Below are positions 13,905 to 27,389 of a DNA stretch of 64,000 nt, in pieces (the first letter of the stretch is position 1; each line of letters starts with the position of its first letter). The DNA comes from Malacoraja senta (taxonomy: Eukaryota). The DNA is taken from positions 124,001 to 188,000 of the forward strand of contig JAXLNO010005688.1 in NCBI GenBank assembly GCA_038087875.1, read 5' to 3'. The notes below the pieces were generated by a model. That model was not told where the DNA came from, did no database searches, and worked only from the letters and a program-made list of their open reading frames with translations. Both the position numbers and the translations under genes were made by a program.

Positions 13905-14012
13905 CTCTCCTTTTTTTTGTCCACCAAACAATTACTGCCAAGACAATAGCCAGCAATATCAGCACACACAGGGCAATAAGGCCTATGTGCCTGTCTTTCT
14001 TCCTATTTCCTT
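13905..14012 (-). CDS. MHC class I-like gene B, transmembrane exon, intact
   Basis: cttatttttcag| acceptor and G|GTAAGA donor, 108 bp, phase 1-1. Translates EGNRKKDRH-IGLIALCVLILLAIVLAVIVWW-TKKRR. Confidence 0.85.
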
Positions 14013-15899
14013 CTGAAAAATAAGAATGCATAATTTTACAAATCAGTTGTTAAGCTGTGCAGCTAAATAGATTGGCACTGTCTGAAGACTTCAGTGTGAA
14101 GAAGGGTCTCGACCCGAAATGCCACCTATTCCTTTTCTCCAGAGATGCTACCTGGCCGCTGAGTTACTCCAGCATTTTGTGTCTATTTTTGGCGCTATTC
14201 GAGGTATATAAGATGATACGGTGTTTTGAATCACGGAGTTCTGCAGCATGGCAAAGGGACAATATCTGTTCTGTACAACTCCATGATCCATGGCACCATC
14301 ACAGCCACAACTTAATTAATGAAAGAAGGCGAATTGAAAGCAAAAATCTTTAACCCTATATAATCTAACATCTGTTTTGGGGGAAATGCTGGATTCCTTT
14401 CAGTAATGCAGAACATTTAAGTAATAACAAAACAATAAAGTGCATTAACAGGGCATTAACAGGAAAATTGTAGAAAGAAAGAGATGCAGATACTGATTTA
14501 CACAAAAGCTTTAGTTTAGTTTATTGTCACGAGCACTGAGGTACAGTGAAAAGCTTGTGTTACGTGCTAACCAGTCAGTGGAAAGAATATACATGATAGA
14601 CACAAAATGCTGGAGTAACTCAGCGGAATAGACAACATCTCTGGCGAACATGGACTCAGTCAGAAGGATTGTGACCCGAAACATCACCTATTCCCTTTCT
14701 CCTGACCAGCTAAATTATTCCAGCAATTTGTGTCCATCTTCGGTGTAAACCAGCATTTGCAGTTTATCCCTACACATGGACAGGTGACATTTCGTTTACG
14801 GACCTTTCTTCAAACTTTGTTTGGGAAATTGATTTGAATTCTTTGAAAATGCAACAGGAACCCGTAGACAATGTATATTTGAGCAGCAGGTGTGCACAGT
14901 CTAAAATTCAAAAACAAAATGATGGAAAAGCAGAATAGGTAACAAAATTGGAATGAGAAACAAAAGAAATACAATATATTGTAGAGATCCAAGCGTCGTG
15001 AACAAATCAATGTTTTTTTAAGAAATACAGTTTTGGCACACTCACGTTTAGTAAGGACTTGAGCAAAGTTCCTCGGGCACACCAGTTGACTGGCGATTAA
15101 CTCATCACCAACTCCCACCAAAACCCTGTCACATGATAGTCCCAGCTCCCATGACGAGGGTTCTAGCAATAAGTGGCCTGACCACCAGATGTCTCCACAA
15201 TATCTGGATTTTCGTAAGATATCTGATCAAGTGATGCAAAGGCACATGGCTTATGACATTGGGGTAATAATTAGCATGAATGGAAAAACAATTAAGAGCA
15301 AGCAGAGAGTTGTCTTAAAGGAGTGTTCAGGTTGGGAAACTGCAACTGCAGGTGGGGAATCAAGGCAAGAAAGTGAACTACTTATCGTTGGTATTAAGAG
15401 CAGATGAAGGGACTGGTGGCGCTGTAACCTAGATTGCTCATGCTACATAGATAGGTTGAAAATTATGTTCTGAAGTCAACAGTCTTCAGAGTGAAACATC
15501 AGATTCCTTAGTTGTGCATTATTCGAGGGAATCTTCAAAAGTGGACATTTGTGTAGGTTAGTGCAGCATACCTGGAATCAAACTACTACGATCGCTGTTT
15601 GTCAGGCAGTTATGTTTTTCGTTGTTAAATCTGTAACTTGCGTCAGGGAACTTACTTCATTAGGTTTAGTTTTATTAAATTAGATAATACTATACATAAA
15701 TACAAACTCAAAAACAATAGATAGAGCAAAGAGGATGATACAGAGTACAGAATATAGTTCTCAGCATTGTAACGCATCAGTTCCATGGACAATGTTCAAT
15801 GTTCAATGAGGTTGAGGTCAATCGGGCATTAAACCTACATTATGGAAGGACCCTTCCGAAGTCTGATAACAGATGGAAAGGGGGGTTCCTGAGTCATGC

Positions 15900-16230
15900 A
15901 GAGCATATTTTCAACTTTCTGTACCTATTGCCTGTTGGGAGCAGGAAGGAGGAATGACCGGGGTGGGATAAGTCTAGTTTTCCAAGGCAACCTGGTGTAG
16001 ACTGAATCAATAGTGGGAAGTCTGGGCTGTGTGATGATCTTTAACTCTTTGTATATTCTTGCAGTCTTGGGCAGTGCAGTTCCCAAATCAAGATGTGATG
16101 CAACCCAACAACATGCTTTCTCTAGCAGCATCTATAGATGTTTGCTAGAGTCACCAGAGACATGATGAATATTCTCAGTCTCCTGAGGAAGTAGAGGTGT
16201 TGGTGTGCCCCCTTAGCTATCTGGTCAGTC
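15900..16230 (-). mobile_element. Rex1/Babar-type LINE remnant
   Basis: Minus ORF ..LPKTARIYKELKIITQPRLPTIDSVYT..HP.SFLLPAPNR resembles the Rex1 RT C-terminus. Confidence 0.55.
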
Positions 16231-16646
16231 CATGACCGAATATTGGATAAATTCATGCCAAGGAACATGAAGCTCTCAATCATTTCCACTTCGGACCATT
16301 GATTCAGATTGGGGCATGTACTCCCCCAGTGCCTTGCTGTTAATCACATCATGAGGAAAGATTCATTTTTTATTTAAACATACCTTTCATGGATATCAGT
16401 TCCACCACTGAGAATTCCAAATACTCCTTCCTTGTATTTTAGTTATTTATTTATTTTTGATAAATGTTCTGTTGACAAAGTCTTCTGCTCATGTGGAGAG
16501 TGGGTGCTGATTACGTGATTGCTTAGAGCAACACTACTAAACAAAGAAAGTTTAAGCATCTTGGAATATGGGATGTATTCACGATGATTAAAATGGAAAC
16601 AACAGAAGATAATGATTATCTATGAAAGAATATTTAACGTTCTTAC

Positions 16647-16913
16647 CACAGATGATGGTCTTCCCAACGGGCAGGCTGCTGTGATCGACATGACAGGAAT
16701 ACTGTTTCCCATCATACGGATCATACTCAAGGACAGACCTTAGATGATATGTTCCATCGTTGTTGGGTATGACCCCAGAAGATTTGGTCTCAGAGACATC
16801 TTGACCATTCTGCAACCAGCTGACATTGATGGCCGGTGGGTAAAATCCAAACACAATGCAGTACAGGACTGAATGATCTTCAGGGCGGGCAGCGAGAGTG
16901 ACCTCAGGGGAAA
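16647..16913 (-). CDS. MHC class I-like gene B, alpha3 (Ig C1) exon, intact
   Basis: cttgtag| acceptor and G|GTAAGA donor, 267 bp, phase 1-1. Translates VSPEVTLAARPEDHSVLYCIVFGFYPPAINVSWLQNG..PNNDGTYHL..YSCHVDHSSL. Confidence 0.92.
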
Positions 16914-18227
16914 CTACAAGACAATAAGTTGGTTATTTTCACCCATCAGAAAATATTCTTCAGTCCACTACAACCACCAAGTTACTGTCCACATCTGCCC
17001 CATGTTGCCTCTTTCGTCACCATTAACCAACCACGTGGTTTAAAAGGGATCGTACGCTCCCTGTTAAGACAGTACACAAGACAGTTTGAAAACACGTACC
17101 ATTAAATTTAGGAACAGCTTCTTCCCCGCTGTTATTGGACTACTGAATGATTCTCATGTAAGATAAGATGTTGTCCTGATCTTCCAACCAATCTCATTGT
17201 GATCCTTGCAACTTTTTTGATCTGCACTTTCTCTGTAACTGTAATGCTGTGAAATTGTAACCCGATATTCTGCACTCTGAATATTTTTATCTTTGGACTG
17301 ATCGACTTGTGGATGGCTTGATTGCACATGTGTAGTATGATCTGATTGGATAACACACAGACAACCTTTTGACTATATCTCAGTTCACGTGACAATAATA
17401 AACTAATACCAACGGCAAATCTTTTCACTAGGGCATATTATTGACAATAATAAATAATTGACAAGTTACGAAATGAGGGATAATTGGGGAGGGGACAAGC
17501 TTAAAATTGGCAGTATTTTCACTCCTCTTCAATAAGAGATAAAAGAGACCAGTCATTTGTTTACAAAATCTCTTTTTGCAGAGTGTGGTCATTCTCTGGC
17601 GCTCTTGACCCCGGATATTTGTGAAGACAAACTCATTGGAAGTATTTAATGTGGCGGTAGTTAAACTTTTGAAAGAATGGAGAATTGGAGTGCTATGTGG
17701 AACTGACACTGAACCGGAGTTGATGCCTGAGGAACGTCTGCCATGATCATATTGAAAGGTGGGCAGGTTTGAGGACCGAATGGCTTACATGGAGGAGAAA
17801 ATCAGGCTTCTGAATGATCGTTCCATAAACTAGGGTACTGTCCAATTTACCACTACCCCATTACAGACAGTGGACTTTGTTTATAGAACTATGTAGGAAG
17901 GAACTGTAGATGCTGGTTTATACCGCAGATAGACACAACATGCTAGAGTAACTCAACGGGTCAGGCAGCATCTCTGGAGCGAAGGAATGTGTCACTTTTC
18001 ATGTCGAAACCCTTATCTAATGGAACTGGTGTGCTACATTGCTGAGAACTATATGCCACACGCTGTACCTTCCCCTTTGCTCTACCTTCAGTACTTCAGT
18101 TGACTTGATCATATATATGTATGTTGTTATCTCATCCAATTGGATAGCATGCAACTGTACCTGGAAAGTTGCTGCCTTACAGTACCACAGACCAAAGTTC
18201 AATCCTGACAATGGGTGCTGTCTATAT

Positions 18228-20410
18228 AACCATAACCATATAACCATATAACCATTACAGCACGGAAACAGGCCATCTCGGCCCTTCAAGTCCGTGCCGA
18301 ACATTTTTTTTATTTTTTATTTTTTTAAATAAATACTTTCCCCTAGTCCCATCTCCCTGCACTCAGACCATAACCCTCCATTCCTTCCCGTCCATATACC
18401 CAACCAATCTATTTTTAAAGGATAAAATCGAACCAGCCTCCACCACTTCCACTGGATGCTCATTCCACACAGCCACCACTCTCTGAGTAAAGAAGTTCAC
18501 CCCAATGTTACCCCTAAACTTCTGTCCCTTAATTCTCAAGTCATGTCCCCTTGTTTGAATCGTCCGTACTCTCAATGGAAAAAGCTTATCCACGTCAACT
18601 CTGTCTAACCCGCTCATAATTTTAAAGACCTTTATCAAGTCCAATCTTGATCTTCTGCGCTCCAAAGAATAAAGACCTAACTTGTTCAACCTTTCTCTGT
18701 AACTTAGTTGCTGAAACCCAGGCAACATTCTAGTAAATCTCCTCTGTACTCTCTCTATTTTGTTGACATCCTTCCTATATTAAGGCGACCAAAATTGTAC
18801 TCCATACTCCAGAATTGGCCTCACCAATGCCTTGTACAATTTTAACATTACATCCCAAACTTCTATATTCAATGCTCTGATTTATAAAGGCCAGCACACC
18901 AAAAGCTTTCTTTACCACCCTATCTACATGAGATTCCACCTTCAGGGAACTATGCACAGTTATTCCTATATCCCTCTGTTCAACTGCATTCCTCAATTCT
19001 CTACCATTTACCATGTACGCCCTATTTTGATTTGTGCTGCCTAGATGTAGTACCTCACATTTATCAGCATTAAACTCCATCTGCCATCTTTCAGCCCACT
19101 CTTCCAAATGGCCTAAATCTCTCTGTAGACTTTGACAATCTACTTCATTATCCACCACACCACCTATCTTAGTATCATCTGCATACTTACTAATCCAATT
19201 TTCCACACCATCATCCAGATCATTGATGTACATGACAAACAACAGTGGACCCAACACAGACCCCTGAGGCACCCCACTAGTCACCGGCCTCAAACCGAAC
19301 AAACAGCCATCCACCATTAATCGCTGGCATCTCCCATTCAGCCACTGTTGAATCCATCTTGCTACTCCACCATTAATACCCAACAATTCAATCTTCTTAA
19401 CCAACCTTCCATGAGGAACCTTGTCAAAGGCCTTACTGAATCCATATAGACAACATCCACTGCTTTACCCTCATCAATTTCCCTAGTAACCTCTTCGAAA
19501 AATTCTGGAAGATTAGTCAAACATGACCTTCCAGGCACGAATCCATGTTGACTGTCCTAATCAGACCCTGCTTAACCAGATGCTTATATATATTATCTTT
19601 AAGTATCCTTTCCATTAATTTGCCCACCACTGACGTCAAACTAACAGGTCTATAATTGCTAGGTTTACTCTTAGAACCCTTTTTAAACAACGGAACAACA
19701 TGCGCAGTACGCCAATCCTCCGGCACTATTCCCGTTTCCATTGACATTTGAAATATTTCTGTCATAGCCCCTGCTATTTCTACACTAACTTCCCTCAATG
19801 TCCTAGGGAATATCCTGTCAGGACCTGGAGACTTATCCGTTTTCATATTTTTCAAAAGTGTCCGTACCTCCTCTTCTTTGAATCTCATAGTTTCCATTGC
19901 TACTCTGCTTGTTTCCCTTACCTCACATAATTCCATATCCTTCTCCTTGGTAAATACCGAAGAAAAGAAATTGTTCAGTATCTCCCCCATCTCTTTTGGC
20001 TCTGCAGATAGCTGTCCACTCTGACTCTCTAATGGACCAATTTTATTCCTTGTTAACCTTTTACTATTAATATAGCTGTAGAAACCCTTTGGATTTACTT
20101 TCACCTTACTTGCCAAAGCAACCTCATATCTTCTTTTAGCTTTTCTAATTTCTTTCTTAATATTCTTTTTACATTCTTTCTACTCCTCAAGCACCTCATT
20201 TACTCCATGCTGCCTATAATGATTGTAGATCTCTCTCTTTTTCCGAACCAAGTGTCCAATTTCCCTTGAAAACCATGGCTCTTTCCAATTTTTACCATTT
20301 CCTTTCAACCGAACAGGTACATCAAGATTCTGTACTCTTAAAACTTCACCTTTAAATGTCCTCCATTTCTCTTCTACATCCTTCCCTTAAAACAACATGT
20401 TCCAATTCAC
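18228..20410 (-). mobile_element. Young CR1 (HER1-like) LINE, 3' part, runs into N gap
   Basis: RT fragments (KSPGPD, NYRPVSLTSVVGKLME, GVPQGSVLGP, SKYADDTK, LERRR); (GGTTATAT)n-like tail. Confidence 0.95.
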
Positions 20411-20610
20411 NNNNNNNNNNNNNNNNNNNNNNNNNNNNNNNNNNNNNNNNNNNNNNNNNNNNNNNNNNNNNNNNNNNNNNNNNNNNNNNNNNNNNNNNNN
20501 NNNNNNNNNNNNNNNNNNNNNNNNNNNNNNNNNNNNNNNNNNNNNNNNNNNNNNNNNNNNNNNNNNNNNNNNNNNNNNNNNNNNNNNNNNNNNNNNNNNN
20601 NNNNNNNNNN
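20411..20610. other. Assembly gap (200 N)
   Basis: N run. Confidence 1.
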
Positions 20611-20804
20611 TTTTTGGCCCTCTGTAAATTGTCCCTAGTGTATAGGAAAGAACTAATATTTGGGTGGTCGTTAGTCAGCACAGGTTCAGTGGGCCAAACG
20701 GCCTATTTCCATGCTGTACCTCGAAACTAAACGTGACAATAATTAACCGAAACTTACCCCTGTGCCTATCTGTAGATTAGTGTCACTCATACTGTGGCTC
20801 TGCC

Positions 20805-21092
20805 NNNNNNNNNNNNNNNNNNNNNNNNNNNNNNNNNNNNNNNNNNNNNNNNNNNNNNNNNNNNNNNNNNNNNNNNNNNNNNNNNNNNNNNNNNNNNNNN
20901 NNNNNNNNNNNNNNNNNNNNNNNNNNNNNNNNNNNNNNNNNNNNNNNNNNNNNNNNNNNNNNNNNNNNNNNNNNNNNNNNNNNNNNNNNNNNNNNNNNNN
21001 NNNNNNNNNNNNNNNNNNNNNNNNNNNNNNNNNNNNNNNNNNNNNNNNNNNNNNNNNNNNNNNNNNNNNNNNNNNNNNNNNNNNNNNNNNNN
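20805..21092. other. Assembly gap (288 N)
   Basis: N run. Confidence 1.
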
Positions 21093-21989
21093 ATGCTGAG
21101 AATAAAGCACCCTGTGTTTCGTCTGCAGGTTACTAATAAAATACTATGGATTTCAACCACTATGTGTGAGTTTGATCATTCTTCCAACACTATATCTTGT
21201 GTTGTTACGTCTCTGGAACTAAGTGGTAGCTGCGCTTAAATGTTGTAGCATAACTATTTAAGCTGAACAATTCCTGAAAAAAGTCTAAAAAGGATTAAAA
21301 AAACAAGTGATTACAGCATGTTGAAAGATAATTGGGACTGATACATAATGGGGTTGCACTGCGGAACAGTTCCAGTGACGAGGGTTTGATCACAATCTTG
21401 AAACTGAAAATCTTAAATTGAGGCAGGCGCCTCTACATCAATCCAGTGCTGTTATGACACTGGGCCTTAACATGAGAAAATGAGAAATTGGGTATTTCCT
21501 TAGGGCAAAATCAGACTTTTCAGAGACTTGGAAGCTGCGATAGTCCTGGAATGTGGTGGATCTCTGCGTGCTGTTCCAGAAGTGGACGTATTGTACTTAT
21601 GTACAGTATGACTTGACTGGAGAGATTGCAGAACAACCATTTCACTGCAGATAGACACAAAAAGCTTGGAGTAACTCAGCGGGACAGGCAGCATCTCTGG
21701 AGAGAAGGGACGGGGTGTCCAGCATCTGCTGTTCCATCCAAACCATTTCACTGCATCTCTACATGCATGAAACTAAACAGAGTTCTATAAAATGCAGCAC
21801 ATACTGCAGTACTCAAGTAGGTCCGGCTGTCCTGATTTTGCTGGTGGATAACATAACTGTAATTAAAATTTAAAAAAACCGTGCAGGTGTAACTCATTGG
21901 CTCAGTCAGCATCTGGAAGACATGGTTACGTAATGTTTCAGCTTGGGATCCTTCTTCATACTTCTTGCATCTGTTCTTTCTCTCTTCAA

Positions 21990-22520
21990 CTTAACAGTTG
22001 AAGTGACCAGTTCTTTTATCGACAGTGAATGCAACTTGTGAATGTGGAATTGAGTTTGAAAGGCTGCGACATGTCCTGATAGAAGCTGAGTTGTTGGTCC
22101 TCAAGGTTACTTTCACCCTTGTTATCCTAGTGTAAGAGGTACAGATGGATGGATCATGGTGGGTGTTGAATGGAGAATTAAAGTGGCAGGAATTAGGAAT
22201 CTTAGAAAGTCCCATGGATTGAATGCAGGTTCTCCAGAAAGCAGCCATTCTATTTGTTTCATTGATGCAATGTGGAAGATTACGTCATGAAAACTAAATG
22301 TAGTAGATTTGACTGGAAGTGCAAGTGTTTCACGCTGTTTCACTTTGAAGAACTGCCTGGGTCTATGGACAGTGGGAAGAGAAGAGGTAAATGGATATAT
22401 TTTGCATGCACCAAGACAGGACAGTAGAGGAAATGTGTGGGCATAGTAGACAGACCAGGGAGCGAAAAAGGGAATGACTACTTCAAGATTTAGAATGGGG
22501 ATCAGTGCAGGAGGGGAGGA
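21990..22520 (-). mobile_element. Old Penelope-like element remnant
   Basis: Degenerate similarity to the GIY-YIG region of the younger copies. Confidence 0.45.
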
Positions 22521-22704
22521 GAAATGGATTGACTAATTGAATCAGATTTAAACTGGGAGGAAGTATTCAACATGGAGGCTGGAGGAGTGGAAAACTTATC
22601 CCTGCCCCGTCCAATGAGAATATATAGCACATAGAACAGTACAAGAACAGGACTTTCAGCCTGCAATGTCCATGTGGAACAGGATACCAAGTTAGACTGA
22701 GGCA

Positions 22705-23000
22705 ACACAGTGTCACAGTGATAGAGTGGCTGTCTTACAGCATTAGAGACCCGGGTTCGATCCTGACTAGAGTGCTGTCTGGATGGAGTTTGTACGTTCC
22801 CTCTGTCACCCTGTGGGTTTCCTCTGGGGGCTCCGGTTTCCTCCCAAATACAAAAGACGTGCAGGTTTGTAGGTTAATTGGCTTCTGTAAATTGTCCCTA
22901 GCTTGTAGGACAAAAATAGTGAATGGGCAATTGCTGGTCAGTGCAGACTCAGTGGCCCAAAGATCCTGTTTCCATACTCTATCTCTAAACTTAACCCAAA
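22705..23000 (+). mobile_element. V-SINE (HE1-like)
   Basis: Head, V-domain and tail as above. Confidence 0.8.
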
Positions 23001-23559
23001 CTAATTTCCACTGCCTGCATGTGATCCATATCCTTGTATTCGCTGCACATTCACAAGCCTGTCCAAAACCTTCTTAAGCACCATTATCATGTCCTCCTCT
23101 ACCACAACTCCTGGTAGCGCATTCTAGGTATCAAGCTCTCTCTGTGCAAAAAACCACTTGACCTGCACATCTCGTGTAAATGTTGCCCTTCGAAGCTTCA
23201 CGCTGTGCTCTTTTGAGATGTGTGATAGACATGCAATCCCATCAGGGGCTGTCAACTGTGGTCAAGAAAATCCATGGTTAACTAATATGAAAGACATTAA
23301 TTACACTTTCTCCCTGTCAAACAGAGATGTAATGCTGAGGTTCTATAAGGCGCCGGTCAAGCCACATTTGGAGCATTGTGAGCAATTTTTGGGCACCATA
23401 TCTGAGCAAGGATTTGCTGGCTCTGGAGAGGGTCCAGAGGAGGTGTACAAGAATGATCCCAGGAACGAATGGGTTAACATATGATGACCATTTGATGGCA
23501 GTGGGCCTGTACTTGCTGGAGTTTAGAAGAATAAGGGGGGACCTCATTGAATCATACAA

Positions 23560-25400
23560 AATAGTGAAATACTGTTTGCCTTTTGAAATTGGTTCGATTA
23601 TGTTTGCTCCCACAAAATTGCATTAAAAAACCTATAGTGAAAATCCTGTAATATATAGTGGTATACGAATTTGGAAACAATTAAAACAGACTTTAAAATT
23701 GTATAATTTATCACTCTGTCTCCCCATTATAAACAACCCTTTATTCAAACCTTCCATGTTGGATGAAGGCTTTGCACAATGGAAAAATTTTGGAATTTAA
23801 AAGATGGGACATCTTTATATGAAAGGCACTTTTCTTTCATTTCAGGAGTTACAACAGATTTACGGACTACACTCAAATAACTTTTTCAGATATTTACAAC
23901 TTAAAGATTACATTAAATCAAATACACAAGATTACAGAACTAGGGAACCAGAAATCCATGATGAATGTTTGAATAAACATCCTAATACAGAAAAATTAAC
24001 ATCTCATATTATAATACCCTCTTAGATAGTGAGGTCCCGCCGACGGATTTATATAGACACACGTGGGAAAATGAATTATGCCAACCCATAACGAAAGATA
24101 TTTGGGACGAAAGTCTACAATATATACATCAATGCTCGTTAAATGCCAGACATGCCTTAATACAATTTAAAGTATTACATAGATTAAATTATTCTTAAAC
24201 AAAATTAAATAGAATCTTCCCACATATCTCTCTTATTTGTGATAAATGCCAGCATTTAGAGGCTAACTTAACACATACCTGCCTCGTCGACCCGTCCTCG
24301 TGGCCTACCAGCGGGCTTGGGGCGCCGTTTCCTGACGGGGACCGCCCAGCACCTTCAGCTTCGGTGGCGGCACAGCGTTGGAGCGCTATCGGGGAGCGTA
24401 GCGGGCGATGCCTTGCCTGGGTCGCCGCGCTGGATCGACGCGCTGGAGCTCCGGTGAGCTGGGGGCCGACTTCAACACCTCCGGGCTGCGGGACTGCGGA
24501 GCGACCAGCTGCGGGCGGCGGCGCCGACTCCAACATCGGGAGCCTCGTGGCCCTGTCGGCTTCAGGTGCCACGGATTCCGCTGGGAAACCGGCCGTTCCA
24601 GCCGCTCCGAGGACTCTCCCGACGGTCAGGAACATCGGGCCTCCGTAGCGGCAATTGTGGAGGCCTCATTGGGCCTGACTCTGGGGAGAACTGGGTTGGG
24701 GACTGGACATTGTGCCTTCCCCCACAGTGGTGGTCATTGTGGGGGGATGATTTTGTGTGCTGTGCCTGTGCCTGTGCCTGTCAGTCCGTGTACAAGATTG
24801 CGGTCGGAGGGGAGAGTGGACGCTGGCGCGAATTGGTCGCCGCTGCTCTCTCCTCAAATTGTGTTTCTTATTTTCTTTTGGTGCTTTTGAAATTGAATTC
24901 TGTCCTTGATTTGTGTACTGTGGTGTGTTTTTTTATTTAATTTATTCCGATTATGTGTTTTTTTTGTTTTGTTGTCATTCTATGCATTGTAAGGTGTCCT
25001 TGGGTTTTAGAAAGGCGCCAGTAAATAAAATGATTATTATTATTATTATTATACCTTTGTAAATTGTATAAAAATCAAAAAATTCTGGACGGCCTTTTTC
25101 AGAATAATTTCTGAAGTAGTCAATACCCAATTGGATCCCGACTCAAAACAAATAATATTAGGAATATCAGAACAAAGCCGAAGACTTACAATAAACCAAA
25201 GAAACTTTCTTGATTATAGTATAATAATTGGGAAAAAATTAATATAAAAATTTTGGAAAGGTCCTATAACCCCCACAATTAAAATGTGGATTATGGAAAT
25301 GTCAAAGACCTTACATTTGGAAAGAACTAGACTTGTCTTAATTGACAAACATGAATTATTTAATAGAATATGGTCTCCATTTATTGATTTTTTGAAAGGG
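23560..25400 (+). mobile_element. L1/Tx1-type LINE ORF2 3' fragment, interrupted at 24281-25050
   Basis: LIQFKVLHR..CDKCQHLEANLTHT|FVNCIKIKKFW; the frame is restored when the insertion is removed. Confidence 0.8.
24281..25050 (+). mobile_element. 770-bp non-coding GC-rich retroposon with L2-like tail
   Basis: TSD atacct at 24275-24280 and 25051-25056; 3' end aaggtgtccttggg..gaaaggcgcc..aataaaatg(att)n. Confidence 0.8.
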
Positions 25401-26390
25401 TAAATTGGTTCAGCATGGGAATCTGACGGAAATCCAAGCTCAGGATTAGATGAATAGTTTATGCTCTATAACCTACGGACCTATCTCCAAAGTTGTATTA
25501 TTGGTAAACTATTCCATTCTTCTTTATCATGATTTTTTAAAAAATTCTTACTTTCTATCTATAAAAAAAACCTAAATAGAAGCAGATTTAATATACAATT
25601 GATAAAGGAGGACCACTATTATTTTGATAGCTGGGCTCCCACCTATTAGCAACGTAGGATTGATATATAAGAAATGTTTGTATTATGATATGCACATGCT
25701 TCTAGTAAAAAAATATATTTTTAAACAAATAGTGAAAGGCTTGGATAGATGTGGATGTGGAGAGGATGTCTCCAATGGTGGGAGAGTCTACGACGAGAGG
25801 TCATAGTCTCAATATTAAAGGACATTCCTTTAGGAAAGAGATGAGGAGGAATTTATTTTGTCAGAGGATGGTGATTCTGTGGAATTATTTGCCACAGAAG
25901 GCTGTGGAGTCCGTCAATGGATATTTTTAATTCTTGATTAGTATGCAGGTCAGGGGTTATGGGGAGCAGGCAGGAGAATGGGGTTAGGAGGGAGAGATAG
26001 ATCAGCCATGATTGTCTGGCGAAGTCGACTTGATAGGCCGAATGTTCTAATGCTGCACCCATCACTTATGACCTTATGACTCAGTTGGCTTCCTCCATGT
26101 GCTCCAGTTTTGTCCAATATACCAAAAACGTGCCGGTGAGTTAGTTGGACATTGCAAATTATCCGTCGTGGAGCTGAATACAAGGAGAATCCGAGGGAGC
26201 TGAGTGCAAGTTGTGAGAGAGCTGTGGAACAGTTTGTCGACATTGCATAGAAAACTAGCATAGAAGCAATGGGCCGAATGACCATTCCCTCTGTCATGAT
26301 TGGGTCAGAGATAATATTCCTCATTGCCTCAGAGTGAAATATTACTCATTGCCTACCATCACAAAACAACACCCTTTGTTCTGAACTCAC

Positions 26391-26666
26391 CTTTTGTGGT
26401 CAGATATGTATTTCCAATTGCATAGTATGTAAGCCATAGATCCACACAGTCTTTTTCTAACAAGCTCTTGAAATAACGGTTCATTTTTTAATTCTTGTCC
26501 CATTTCTCTTTGAAGGGCTCAGCTATTGGATCACGCACCATCCACTTTAGTTTGTCCTTATCAAAACTAAATGCATATCTTCCATCAAAAGCCAACTTCA
26601 ATATCCCTACAGTGGGACTGTGATCGTTCACCTCACAACCAAACTGTTCTTGAACGTAGTGATAAT
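26391..26666 (-). pseudogene. MHC class I-like gene B, alpha2 exon with in-frame premature stop
   Basis: ttcttaaag| acceptor and G|GTGAGT donor, 276 bp, phase 1-1. Translates YHYVQEQFGCEVND..AFDGRYAFSFDKDKLKW..KEKWDKN*KMNRYFKSLLEKDCVDLWLTYY; TAA at 26488-26490. Not in the ORF track. Confidence 0.9.
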
Positions 26667-26814
26667 CTTTAAGAAAAACATAATCATTATTTGATTAATT
26701 GTTATGACTGGATAATTTCTGAACACCAGGGTCCAAGTCATTTATATATGTCACAAGTAGCAAGGGTCACAGCACAGATCCCTGCAGAACTCTACTTGTC
26801 ACTGAACTACAGCC

Positions 26815-27265
26815 TGAATATTTGGCCTTCCGTGCAACTGTGGAGACAATATTATTGTACGGGTGTGAGGCATGGACTCTCACTCCAGCACTGTCCTAGA
26901 CTCTCGATGGTACCTACACCCGAATGCTCGGAAAAGTTCAAAATGTCAGATGGAGGGACCACATCACGAACGCCCAGCTCTATGGGGAGATTCCACCTCT
27001 GACCGAGAAGATCACGTTGAGAAGGATGAGGCTCGCAGGTCACTGGCTCCGCCATACAGAAATGCCAGCAAACAAGGTTGTTGTTGGAAGACTTGACCCA
27101 GGATGGCCAATCAAGATGATGCTGAAGACGTTGATGGAAGACGCATGTGTAGATATAAAAGAGGCGCTTGCCAGCTGCATGGCGGACAGAGATGAGTGCT
27201 GCATCCGTCACCGTGCCCGTCGGAAACCAGCACGGCACTAATGTTTTCAATGATTATTATTATCA
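26815..27265 (+). mobile_element. RTE/RTEX-type LINE 3' fragment
   Basis: ETILLYGCEAWTL..LDGTYTRMLGKVQNVRWRDHITN..RRMRLAGHWLRH; short (tta)n-like tail. Confidence 0.75.
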
Positions 27266-27389
27266 TCCACTACACCCCTCTGTCCTGGGAATTTATCCAC
27301 ATTTCTCTTCAAATGATCCAACATCTCCTTCTTGCTTAACTTCAAAGTGTCCCTGCATGTTAGCATTCTCCACATTGATTCTCCATGTG

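Noticed and set aside
20352-21160. ORFs with long X runs (also 10189-10431)
   Set aside because: Artifacts of the N gaps.
24195-24940. Overlapping GC-rich ORFs of 94-160 aa (similar clusters at 28500-29050, 33873-34470, 37600-38580, 51514-51900)
   Set aside because: They lie within repeats or MITEs, are open in several frames because of GC content, and show no domain signature.
13905-26666. Gene B as a class II beta or W-category chain (two domains + TM)
   Set aside because: Its membrane-distal exon is clearly related to alpha2 of three-domain gene A, and its TM lacks the class II glycine motifs.
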